DNA of 54,770 bases, counting the filler, from Bipalium vagum (lineage: Eukaryota): NCBI GenBank assembly GCA_037834085.1. It is 3 parts of 3 records of this genome, joined end to end, with 100 filler letters (N's around TTAATTAATTAA, not from the genome) between each part and the next. Parts side by side here need not be neighbours in the genome. Positions count along the whole stretch, not along the records: positions 1 to 15,596 come from JBBMKC010157459.1; positions 15,697 to 31,730 come from JBBMKC010130969.1; 1 more part is not named here. The stretch is one strand, 5' to 3'. Positions within the stretch are counted from its first letter, which is position 1; each line of letters begins with the position of its first letter. Below, one piece after another: positions 10,711-23,409 of the stretch. Both the position numbers and the translations under genes were made by a program. The notes under the pieces are model-generated. The model did no database searches and had not been told where the DNA came from. It worked only from the letters and a program-made list of their open reading frames with translations.

Positions 10711-12225
10711 CAGTGGGTCCACAAAGTATTTGAACTGTATGAAATTTAACGTTTATGGAAAGCGGGTTTTAAAATGGATATTAAAATATGGCTCAATGTA
10801 TTCAATACTAAGTAAAACTAATAACTAAAGAATAATTTAATATTACACGAAAATAATCCAAAAAAGGGAAAATTCAACACCACAAAGTATTTGAACTCTA
10901 AAATAACAAACTAAAATTTTGCTTACTAATATTTTGTTAGCAATCCATTGTTATCAACTATGGCTTTCAATAGTCTTAGAATTGATTCCACTAATTTTTT
11001 GGTATAATTTGTAGATATATACCATTCTTCTTCCAGCAATCTCTTTGAATCTGATTTGTTAGATATTATGTTTCCTAACATTTTCATCAAGGTGACACCA
11101 TAGATTTTCAATAGAATTGATGTCTGGAGATTGAGGCTGGGTTTCGAGCTTATTGTTCATATGATAAAGCATCAATTCCTTAACAATTCGAGAAGTTTGT
11201 TTGGGATCGTTATCTTGTTGAAATTTAACTTATTTCTAACCCCAGCATTCGAGCACTTTCGAATAAGTTATCTTGCAAAATATTTAAATAAGCTCTATCG
11301 TCCGTAATCCATCCTATCGATAAAATGAAGTTTACCAATGTCATTGAAAGCCATGCAACCCCAAACCATTACGGAGCCTCAGCCGTGCTTTACGGAATCA
11401 AATTTTCTTTCAACAGTTCTGTTTTTGCTTTTCTCCAAACTATTTTTCCCTCAACAGAACCGAATATACTTTCATTAGAGAAAATTATATTTGCCCAAAA
11501 TTCTGTTGTTTTATTCAGATATTCCATTGCAAACTTCAAATGTTTTTGCTTGTTAATTTCACTGATAAATGGCTTTTTCTGGTTACCATGCCATTATAAT
11601 CGCTTCTTCTTAATAGTTTTCGAATTGTTTCGGCTCTAACATTTTCCCAAGTATCTGTTTGCACATCAATTGTCAATTTTTGTAGATACAAATGGGTTTT
11701 CCTTCACTTTTCCTATAATATAACGTTCATCCCTGGGAGATAAAATTTTTGGACGGCCTGAAAGTTCCAAATTAGCTGTAAATCCTAATTTTTTCCACTT
11801 CTGTACAATATAATGCACAATATTTTTTTAAAACGTAAAAATTTTGAAATCTTACCATAATTTTTTCCTAAGATATGCAATTCAACAATCTTTGACTTAT
11901 TTTCGTTTTATAATTCGTTTATTTTAGCCATTATTTAATAAAATTTTTAAAAATACGTTATTACTTGTAAATATAATTGATAAATATTAACAAATCTATA
12001 AAAAATATTAAAACAATAATTTTCATGAAACTAGCCTACAAAACTGGTCTCCGTTCAAATACTTTATGATACTAAAATTTCCATTATTTTGGATTATATC
12101 TGTGATACATAATTTTTAAAATTTAATTTGATAATCTAAAAATATATTCTATGCAGTTATTACTTACTATCCTGTTTTACGTATGATCAATTTTGAGACC
12201 GTTCAAATACTTTGTGGAGCCACTG
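10711..12225 (-). mobile_element. Full-length Tc1-family transposon (IR/DR type) with inactivated transposase
   Basis: Ends CAGTGG(G/C)TCCACAAAGTATTTGAAC match at 24/25 and are flanked by TA (10709-10710, 12226-12227). Inner copies of the motif at 10881-10896 and 12053-12068. The transposase relic (11931 to 10926) has GRPK, FQQDNDPK and PQSPDINSIENLW. Confidence 0.93.
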
Positions 12226-12599
12226 TAGATATCAAAAAGTTTGGTTTCTGATGTTATATTTCGTGAATTTTTATTATAGGGATTTTACTTTATAAGATTT
12301 TTATTTATAAGATTAATTAGAGTTTCTTCATCTAATCTATACGATTTTCTGATCTATTTTACGCTTTTGCAAACATATTTTCGCTCGGGTGAAGAAACGG
12401 TAAATATGGTCAGTAATTTATATAGTAAATGACTTACTTTCAATAATTTTTTTTATTTGTTTAGCCTTATGAAATAGAATGTTATAAATTATGGTGACAC
12501 ATAATTGTGACATAAATAGTTGAACGACCACAATATCAATATCTTCAATGAATAAAAATATATATTTTTTTGATATTAAAGTGTTGATTGAAATTGATA

Positions 12600-13590
12600 C
12601 TTATTCATATCTGTCTTTGTGATTGCACAGCACACGGAAATATTCCTTGATATCAAATTTGGCACATGTAGTGTCTGAGAACCACACAAAGAATTACCAC
12701 CTTCGCTCGAAGCACAACATTAAATCTAACTTCATCAACAAAAACTAGATTTCTGTCATCATATTTTGCCCCCACACATTTTCGATGGGGTCAGCAGCGG
12801 GACTGACTGCCGGCCACGGCAGAAGAGGTAAGTCATGATCATCTAACCAATCTCTTGAAAATTTGCCAGCATGGATTGATGCATTGTCTTGCTGGTAGAA
12901 TTCTATGTTGTTCATTTGATCGATGAAAGGAAGAAGGTTCTGTTCTAAAACCTCAACATACTCTTCAGAATTAAGCTGGTGTTGAATTCTAACCAAATTA
13001 CTGTAACCGTCTCTAGAAAACGATCCCCACACTATGCAGTGACATGAACTTCTGTTTCAAGATTGGTAACAAACCGATCCTGCAGTCTAGTGCTTTTCCT
13101 ACGACATACGAACTGTGATCTATTATTCATCTGGAACTTTGATTTATCACTGAAGATAATTGCTGACCAGTTTGTTTGGCGATGCTGTTGTGCCCACAAC
13201 AAACGCGCTGCCTTGTGAGCCTTTGAAAGGAAGGGCTTGTGTGCTGGAGAAAAAGAAAGAAAAACAAGATCTTTCAAGCGGCGATTGATCGAGCTATATG
13301 ATGCTTTTTGGATTGCAGACAAGTATGATGCTACTTGCCGAGTTCCTTTGAACGGTTGTTGCTCGACATATCTCGCAATATACCTGTCAAACATATCTGT
13401 TGTTTTTCGCGGTTCCTTACATTTGATACGGTTTCCTTCATATGGGAGATTATTATTGATGTTTCGCTGGCAATATTTACTAACAGCAGAAAGTGTCAAA
13501 TCAAGAGTACTGGTTATCTGTTCATATGTCCACTCCACATGTCGCATAAATCTGTCCTTTGTTAAAAGGCGTTAAGTCGAAACCACTCAT
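12600..13590 (-). mobile_element. Tc1-family DD34E transposase pseudogene
   Basis: ORFs 13032-13547 (KPFLSKAHKAARLLWA, IIFSDKSKF) and 12745-13032 (MWGSFS, QQDNASIH...WPAVSPAADPIENVW; 34 residues between D and E). Probable ATG at 13590. Frameshifted; TIRs not recognised. Confidence 0.9.
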
Positions 13591-14459
13591 AATTTGACGA
13601 ATATGGTGGAAATTAAACTTAACTAATATTATAGCTGAATTATAAAGCAAAAACACTTATACGGTTTAACAAAATGAATTTAAAAACTTAGAATTGACAA
13701 CTATAAATAATCTGATATATATATTTTTATAATAACTTACAAGTTTTATTCAAAAATGAAAACTCAAATTTAACTTAATCAAAATGACAATAATTGTAGT
13801 TGAAGAAATCAATCTGCACAAGGAAGAGTATGGATGCCCTGAAGTAAAATATTGAATCGGTTATTTATTTACCGGACCGTAAATGCTGGAGACAAAACAA
13901 AAAAGAGAAGAAACTAGAAGTAATTTATTTTAATAAAATCAGAAACAGGAAATAATATTCAGGCTCTGCGTAATAGATTTAATTAAATTCAGTGAATATA
14001 ATGATTCACGTAAGGCTTTATTAATTTAACTGTGAATTATAATAAACTATATTTGTGATATTTTTTAGATTTATTAAATTGATTTTTTTCAAATTAACTT
14101 TTAGGTTATCAAAAACTCTCAATTTAGAAATTTTGAAAGGCAAATTTATGATTTTCAGCTTTGAATTTATACTAATTTTCACAGTTTATCCTTATTGTTA
14201 CTTTGACTAGCATAATTTCTTAATGAATTAATCTTACTGTCACCAGCTTCCTTATACGCAGAAATGTATTTCTTGTATTATTAAAAATGATTTTTAGGTA
14301 AAATTGAATAATTACAAAATGTCATATCTTAACAATATTATATCAGTTTCATTATATTTTTTTACTTTTGTTACTATTATACATATGAACTATTATAATA
14401 TTATATATTTTTGCTCGAAAATTGATAAATCCTCACTTTCTAATGATATTTTCATTTCA

Positions 14460-15341
14460 CTTATAGTTACGCATATTTAAACTCAATTGAATCAAAATTC
14501 CATAGTAAAACCTTATTCGCACCATAGTTGAATTAAAACAATTACGGTAAAATTTTATTAAACGTTCAAAGTTGTACATACAAAATCTCAAACAATACAC
14601 CAAAGAATCAAACACATGTAAAGTCACAATAAAAAATTGATCAAATGTTCGCACAAATTAATACGAGGAAAACCGAATGAAATAATGCATAGTTAAAAAC
14701 AACTCAATACCAATGCAATATAAACTAAATGGGATTTTAAATGAGAATTATCACAAAAATTAAAGTAAGATTACAAAAAAGAAAAACACAAAAATCAATA
14801 AATGAGAAACAATGAGTTCCCAGGTCGTCCACCAAATCATTTTCAGGTCACTTGGGGATTCCAAAGCCCATTGGGTTCCATTGTAAAATCCTGCTGCTTG
14901 TCTGTCATCATATATAAAGAACATGGAATTATTGAAATCAATAATCTTCGTTAACAATAATCGTTACTGTACTTCTTCTGGGCGGCTTTCTGAGAATAGC
15001 CGTATCTTATATAGTCTTAGAGATTGTACTACGATCACCAATCCCTGCGTTTTGAGACGGCTATTTCCCCTAATATCCATTAATCCTAACTTTATCTCCA
15101 TACCGAGATAAAGTTAGTCGAGAAAATAATTCATTAAAAATAAAATTTATAATCCTCAAGGTTGAACATATCTTCTTTCAGGAAATAATAATTAATGAAG
15201 CAATTTATCATTATCTCGATGACGAAATTTTGATATATTGCTTTTCTAATATTTTAAAATTTTCTATTTTTTTAAATTAAAATTAAAAATATTATTATTA
15301 TTATTAATCATATTATTATAAATCTTTTGACAAACCCAACA
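14460..15341 (-). mobile_element. Solo-LTR-like repeat, copy C
   Basis: Shares TTTCAGGTCAC, GGGATTCC, TTGTAAAATCC, ACGATCACCAATCCCT (15031-15046) and ATTTTGATATATT with copy B. The minus strand starts TGTTGGG at 15341. Left boundary approximate. Confidence 0.6.
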
Positions 15342-15596
15342 TTTTTATATGACTTAATGGAATTCAATCAATCATAAAGTAATTTCCAAAATTATTAAAC
15401 CATCCAAAATAGGATAATGATTTGAAGTCTCAAAATTTACAATTCTATTTATTTCATTTGTGGAGACTAAGAGGAGTTCAATCATCTGGAGTCCAATCAT
15501 CAAAGCCATCCTAAAACTCTATTGAGTGCATCAATCAACTTTATACTTTATTGAGTGCATTAATCCCATTTGTGATCCCAAAACTTTATTGTGTGC

Positions 15597-15696
15597 NNNN
15601 NNNNNNNNNNNNNNNNNNNNNNNNNNNNNNNNNNNNNNNNTTAATTAATTAANNNNNNNNNNNNNNNNNNNNNNNNNNNNNNNNNNNNNNNNNNNN
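15597..15696. other. Artificial 100-bp contig join (44N-TTAATTAATTAA-44N)
   Basis: Identical structure at 31731-31830. The 12-mer puts stop codons in all six frames. Confidence 0.95.
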
Positions 15697-16399
15697 ATTA
15701 TTAATATTTATTATTTTATTATTATTTAAAAATATTAATAATATTTTTAAATTATTGGATTTAATTAATGTATAGTTATATTACAGTAAATACTTCTGAG
15801 TTTTGTTTTTCTAAATGTTTAGATTTTCTTTCTGAAATATTTACATTATTTATATTATATATCATTATTATTGCATTTTCTGAACCAGATTAACACTATT
15901 TATTTGCCATACTTTAAAAATCTAAGGTAATATCTAAACCAAATTTACATTATTTTCCATATTATTATAATATTTCATTTTGTGATTAAACATGTAATTC
16001 GTTTTCATTTTATTGCACAATTTTGGATATTTATTGGAATAGGAATTTTTCGATTTTTCATACTGTTAATTGAACTATTATAAAAGTTCCAAACAGTTAT
16101 TTTTTATTAAATAAACGATAAATATGAACTCTTCAATAATTTTTTATGGAGAAAAAAATGAATCAATTAAAAAAAATTTAAGATTTAGAAAAATTTCCGA
16201 ATATAACTATAAGAAGTATTTTGAAATGAACGTGAGATAAAATTTATCACAAAATCGTACGTAATCCTACACTTTTTGATTGTCGTAAAAAGGTATTTTT
16301 AAAATTAATAAATTTCATTTCTTGAGATTGCACTCATTTCAGATTAAAGTTGACATAAAAGATACAAAAAAACAACAAAAGAAATGCGTGCTTAATTAT

Positions 16400-17060
16400 T
16401 TTCTATGATTGTTAAGTTGTATTGAGGATCTACGGTGTCTTGGTTGTCAATAATTGAAAATCGGCGATGAAGACCATTGAAATTGAAATTTAATCGATGA
16501 TTTATATTCCAAATAACAATCCACACATTAACATGTACCTATAAAGAGAATCTATAAATCTTTCAAAACTGTGCTACAAAATTCATTGTATTCACTGTAA
16601 ATACAGATTGTAAATGAGATGAGATATTCAAGGTGAGCTGGATATCATTCATGTTATCTCAGATTATTTCTAAATAAATGGTTCCCTGGTTACGAAAATA
16701 TTTGTTCATTTCGTAAGCATTTCTCTCGGTAATATTTGTATTGGTATATTATTGATTGTTTGATATGATTAGAGCTGTTCACAACAATCGATTACTTGGT
16801 TAGTGAAAATTTCAAAATAATGAAACGTCAATTATTTCTACATTTCACAACATATAAAATCAATTGGGTAATTTTATTTGCTCCTATGACGCTGTACGGG
16901 CATTCAAAACACACCTTTTGAATATGAAGAATATAAAAAAAGAATATTTAAAGAAATAATTAGGCGTCAGAAATTCACCATAGACTGGACTATAAGCAAG
17001 TTTTTAAACTTTTTTTTGTTTAAATAAAGGATTTTATGAAGACTCCAAATCTTTTTACCG
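16400..17060 (+). mobile_element. Possible, highly decayed PIF/Harbinger-like nuclease relic
   Basis: Only weak motif resemblance near 16970-17055 (KFTIDWTISKF...DFMKTPNLF versus R.TVEW.F...DFK), with frameshifts. Confidence 0.2.
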
Positions 17061-17739
17061 TTTTCTAATATCTTGATCCATTTATTATTTGTTAAACTTT
17101 TAAAAAGTTCCATTTTTTATTTATAGGTCCTTAGTATGATAGTTTATCCATAAAATAATTAAAGTATAAAGTTTTAATTTTTGACTAAATCTAGTATTAT
17201 TTGTACTTTAGTTAGCTTAATAATCAAAGATGTTTAACACTTTTCAAAATCTTGTTGTAACAAAAATATTATTATTATTAATATCTGTTGTTGATATTTT
17301 ATAATCTTATAATTAGATTATAATCTTTACTAAGCTATTATTATGATATTTTTAATCTATTTAATAATCTATTATCTTAGAACGTTTCGTTTGAAGTTTA
17401 TCAAAATTAAAAATCTCACGCAATAAACGTTCTTCATACTAACTATGACACTATTGCCATCAGCAGTGCAGTAAAACATATGCTTCAGAAACGAAGCTTT
17501 CCTATTTTCATCAGTTTTGAATCTATGAAAACTAAATTTTACAAAAGTACTTTTATTTATGGATATTTCTATTAGGATGTAGAGTGTTCAAAGAATTGGA
17601 ATTGAATTTCTCATATTAATGACCACATTGACCAATCGTTACACTTCTTTTAATAGGAGGTTCCATTACTATTTCATAAATCAGTTGTCAATTTTTCTTT
17701 CATTTCACTTGAACTCTAACTTCGATAGCTTTGTTGGCT

Positions 17740-17900
17740 TAAGGGTTGTATTGAATTTTGGTTCTTCATTTTGCATGTAAATTATGTTTTCCATTTTCTT
17801 TAAATCTTTTAACTATGTTGTAAACTATTGTCTTGCTATACCCAGACAAATCAACTATTTTTATGCGTTTTCTCTGGCGCGAAGTAATCTTATTAGTATT
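17740..17900 (-). mobile_element. Tc1-like N-terminal helix-turn-helix fragment
   Basis: Minus strand reads IVDLSGYSKTIVYNIVKRFKENG, typical of the Tc1 paired-like HTH. Confidence 0.45.
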
Positions 17901-20900
17901 TTTTATAATATTTTGAAGTTAACTATAAAATTATTAAAAATTTTTCCTATAATTAATATTATCGATTAATTAGGTTAGTTAAACAAATGAAGGTTAGATG
18001 GGTTTTATAAAAACACGATGTTTAATATATTGAAAAGATTCCCGTTTTTATTTTATTCATCTATATATAAGTAGTTTAAAAATAAAATAAAATTGAGTGT
18101 TCAATTGTTTCGTTAATTAAATTCTTTAAAATATATTTCAAATGCCTTAGTTGTAATTTAATTCAGCTTTTTAAAATGAGTTTTAAAATATTAGAAAGCA
18201 ATGATACTAATCTTCTTTAGAAATAGTTCCAAAAGCTGTCTACGATATTTATAGTGTCCGAAATGATATTCAATTAAGGTATTTGGTAAACCTCACGGTC
18301 ATATTATATCAAATCGAATAACCCAACGGATGGTCAGGCATCGTGACAATTTTATAATAAATAATCGCACCCCACGGTTCAGGTACATTGGTACAAAAAT
18401 GACATTGATCGTGACATGACAATATTCGTTGCAAGCACACTGATTTGTTTTCCACTATATAAAATTTACCGTTGATTCCTTAACTCTGAATAATATATTT
18501 GGAATCGAAGAAAAGTTTAAATTGTCCTTATTTTATTCCTTTCGGAGGATAATTAAACTCATTGATTATTTGAAAAACTTCATTCCTCTCTTTGGTACTT
18601 TATCTTTGATCTATATTGAAATCATACATTAAGTCAATGACCCATTATTGATTTTTTCAAATTATTTTTTTGAGCTTAAATTCTCTGTTAAAGTTCGGAG
18701 TAAAATCATTGTTATATATTTTTGAATTTCTCAATGACCTTGGTAAATACATATTGATCTTTTCATAGAATTTCTGAAACATTTTCTTTAAGATATTTAG
18801 ACAAGGATCTGAACTACAATTTGAATAAATTCTTCCAAACAAAGTACACGTGCATCTTGAAAATTTTAATGACAACCGGATAATGCTAGAATGAAATTAC
18901 TCAACAATAATTACTAATATCACCGTTTTATATTTAACACCAATCATTTGTCCGTGGAACACACTCAAAACCATTAAAAAATTGAACAACAAATTTTATT
19001 TATCTAAATAATAGTTTCAAGCCTCATATTTAATTAATTTTGATAAAATTCAATTGTAGAATAGTTTTAGTCTTATTTTGAAGAATTTTCTTTATATTCA
19101 TATCACATTTCAGCTGAATAAAACAATATTGACGAAATAAGTCAATAAACGAGTCCTTTGAAATTTTGTCATTTATCGTTAAATTCATAACATTTTTAGG
19201 GAACCAAATTATAGATTTTTGTTCTTTTTTATTGTTTAGGAATAACTATATTTCTGCAATTTCTTATGCTATACTCGTTTCCTTAGGTCAATTAAATCAA
19301 TTAAAAAATATCAAATAAATTGTAATTATTTTTCAAGGCATTCCTTAAATATCCAATCTTTATGATTAAAACAAATATTTTTTTTTATAATCAGTACTTC
19401 AACCAATATAAGAATTTATGAAAATATGACTGGTACTTTTCTTAATAACAGTTTTATTTTTTTATTTCAAATATTATTTTAAAAAAATTCAGAATTGAAA
19501 TAAGAAGAATATTTTTTTCAGAAAAATCAGGTTTAACTTGTTTCAATTCCATTTCACAAAAAAGTAAAAAAAATCTATATATGTTGCTATATGACAACAT
19601 TATCCATTCTTTTACGCTGTAGACCATTTTCGTTTCAAACTGTTTAGTAAAATACGTGCGATGAATAGAAAATAGTACGATTTATGGTATTTTTTGTCTA
19701 GAATCTTTATTGGTTTTTATTGTCTTTGAATATATTTCATTCCTTCAGAAATTGTCTGAAGAAGAATTCTTTTTATTTCATCCAACTCGGGAATCTTTCA
19801 TGCATCTGTCACTCAGAAAACAGTCGATTCATAAAAAAGAATCATTACAGAGACCAGGAATACCTCTCTATGGGTTTATTATCTAATAAAATTGTTCAGG
19901 GAGATATCAAACCCTTTCTTAAAATGAGAGAAATTTCCGAACCAAAACAATTTAAACAAAAAATCATTATTATTCATCTTTTTATATATGTGCACAAAAC
20001 ATCAGATTTCTAATTTTTTATTGTTCTAAGATTTTTGTATTTTGAAAATGGAAATCTTTGTTTGTTTAAGTGATGCATATTTCTCATGATTTTGATTTTC
20101 TATATCAAATGGATATAATGAACGTTAGCCAAAAAATAATGGAACAATAAAGTTCTCCTTAGAATTATTCCACAACCATATTTGTTGGTAATAGAATAGT
20201 ACTTTAATGTCTCATGACCAGAATTCGAAAATTAACTTAATTAATAATAATTATTAATTACGAATATTAAATAATTTTATATTATTATTAGTAAATTTAC
20301 GAAATTACTTTTAATTATTTCAGATGCTGCAGCAATATTTCCATATAGTTCCACTACTTCTTTACCGGTTATCTAAAATATATAAATTATTGTTATTTAT
20401 TATAAGACGAAAATTTATTTTTAAAATATAAACAAAATTCATATTATTAAAATAAATAATAAAATTCACATTTATTATTTTACTATTATTTATTATTATT
20501 ATTCTTATTATTCTTAATTTTTTATTATTACTTTTATTATTATATTTATTTATTTCTTTTATTAATTATGTGTACATTAAAAAATATCTTTTTATTTTAA
20601 GAATTTAATTTGATAAATAAATTTATTAATGATTTATATCAATGCAAAGTTTACCTAATTAAATAATTATTATATATAATATTTTACTCTTGGCTAACAA
20701 AATCCTCAAAGTACTAATCCATAGACCCCACCAATTTATACTGTATTGGATCGATGTTATTATTCATCTTATATTATTATGCTTCCATTACCCATAAATA
20801 TACAGCACTGATGATGGTGTATACTGCAAATATTAATTTTTTATAATTATGTTTAATAAAAAAATTAAAAATTTTATTCAACTTTATGGTCAAATTATCT

Positions 20901-21559
20901 AAGTACAGAAAATTGATTTCTTAAATTTTTTTCCTCGATGAAGGAGCTTCATAATTATATCTATCATATGCCTTTAAATTTAATTATTTATCAGTAGTGA
21001 AGCTAATTTCTGAAATAATTTGATCAATTAATAATTAATTGAATAAAAGCTGGGCAAAAAATAATAAATATAAAATATTATTCATATTTTATAAATATAT
21101 ATATAAACATAGGTTTCATAACCTTGACAGAGAATTCATTAATATTATAAACTTGATATGATTCGGAAAATCGGATTTTTCTGATAAATAACATAACATT
21201 TTTTGGATTCAAGGGATTGACAGATTTTTTTTCTAAAACCTGACATATTTTTTCTAATTTTAACATATTTCTACTTTATTTATTTATATTTATATTCTGA
21301 TTATTTATTTTATTTAATTAACATATTAAATAAAATGAATATTAAATTAATAATCGCTGTCAAGGCGTAATACATGGTATTCTGAGAGAATTATTGCAAT
21401 CGAATACTTTAAGTAACATTCACGTTTTTGTGTGGCCACCATATGTTTGTGATTGCGATATCATCGGATATAACGATTTTTAAAATTTTATTTTTATAAC
21501 AGTTTTGTTTATTGTTTTAGAATCCGCCGCTTGATTTTCTGATATTAAAACAAACTTGA

Positions 21560-21990
21560 TTTCTTTCTGAAAATGTTATTCACTAATTATTCACAGCTAG
21601 AAACATCTTGGTTATCAAATCTCTTATGAGTTCATTTTTAAAATGTCATCTTCCTTCGCATAATCTCTGTCAACTAATCGTTTCTATAAGTAAGCCATTG
21701 GTTTTCTGAAAAATGTAATCTGAACTTTAAAAATTCCAGTCGACAGTTGTAATTTTTTGCTCTCTAAGAATTTAATAGTAATTTAAGAAATAACTTAAGC
21801 TATATGTTTGAGATCAAGATCAGGCTGAAATACGTATTCTTCATAAGAAATTTAATTCAAAAAATAGTTGACGATATTTTTCTTTATTTAGTAATATTAA
21901 TATTATTTCTTTATCATTTTATAGTCTTCTATCAATATCTTCATCGAAACATCCGTACACGATTTTCCTTTACTGTATCATTGCTCATAA
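21560..21990 (-). mobile_element. Decayed Tc1 transposase (catalytic half)
   Basis: Minus-strand fragments TVK..VYGCF, YVFQPDLDLKH (for FQQDNDPKH) and KFLESKKITTVDW, in the expected order. Confidence 0.55.
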
Positions 21991-22041
21991 TTTGTGTGGT
22001 TTATTAATTTTTTTGAAAATTTTTTCTGCGTGCTGTATATA

Positions 22042-22326
22042 CAGGATGTCTTTAAAAATGTAAACACACGTAATATGATTATAAATCAGAAGTTTGATGA
22101 AATGCAATTTATTCAAAATGCTTCAAAGTTCGTTGAACAGAATCTTTTGAGATTCCTACAAATGTTTGTGGGATTCGATTAAACAATTCCAATATTCCTT
22201 TGTGATACTTGTCGATTCTCCGTCTTCCAGAACGATTTTTGTTGACATTATTAATAGTTCCATTTTTTTCTAATTTATCCTTTATTCGAACGATTTATAT
22301 TTAAAGTGTTTTCTTGAGACACCCTG
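22042..22326 (-). mobile_element. Internally deleted Tc1/mariner element (285 bp, MITE-like)
   Basis: TA-flanked ends CAGGATGTCT and CAGGGTGTCT (reverse complement). The interior encodes RIKDKLEKNGTINNVNKNRSGR and VGISKDSVQRTLK. Confidence 0.7.
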
Positions 22327-23409
22327 TATTTATTCATTTAAATTATTCATACTGTATTAATAAATTTAATATCAAGTTTTAACTCCAGTAAATAAATTAT
22401 AATAATAATTTAAAAAATAAATAATTCTCAGAATTTTATATTAAATTCTCCTGGAATTTAAAAAAATGGGAAAAAAGAAACAAATATTAAAGAATGAATA
22501 TTAATTTATAAATAAATATTTTAATTAATAATAAATATCATTAATAAATATTTTAACGAATTTGATAAATATAATTATTTTTAATTATTATTTTTTCGTT
22601 TATTTCATGATTTATATTGTCATGTTTTTATTTTAATAACAAAATTTTAATTTAAATCAAAATCCTAAATTACAATGAACCATGACCAAGTTTTGATGAT
22701 AAAGAACAATCAAATTAATAATCAATAGAAATATTGTAAATATTCATGTGCTATTCAACGTAGTTTATGGATTTATTTCATAAAGAAAAATAATAAATTA
22801 ATATCTCTATTTAATAATGTAATGAATACCAGAAATCTCATTGAATAAAAAAAGCAATTTTTCCCATTTTTATTTCCACCACACAGATGGAAAAAGAAAC
22901 ATGGAAATGACTACTTCCTTAATTGCGAACAAATTAACTAAGGCCTGTAAATGGGAAATGGATATTGTTCCCAATCCCTACCAAATGCAGCAATTACTAT
23001 TGTATTCTCTTTACGAAGAATCACACTGACCAATTCCATAGAAATGTTTTTTGTGAACCAATTTCGATGTATAATGTACTGTACAATCAACAGAGAAAGT
23101 TAATAATAAAAATACCAAGCATCTTGTTATTATTTATCTGAAAACTATCACCAAATATTACGTTTCATTATATTATCACATTTATATTAACTGGATCTAC
23201 ATTTTACCTAACAACCCCAATGTTAGCTGTAAACAATATCAATATTGCCAATTTCTTTTGTTAGGAAATTAAAAAATATTTCATCACTTTTGATAGTAGT
23301 ATATTAAATTTATTAAAATGTAGTTAAAACAAATTTAATTAATTAATTATTATAAAAAATATTAATATTTATTATTAAATTATTTTCATGAGTTGTTTTA
23401 ATTAAATAA

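Noticed and set aside
15513-15596. CRISPR-like repeat-spacer array
   Set aside because: Eukaryotic context, only three repeats of about 15 bp, spacers too short and no cas genes.
15641-15652. TTAATTAATTAA palindrome as a regulatory site (also 31775-31786)
   Set aside because: Centred in exactly 44 N on each side in both places; it is a synthetic linker.
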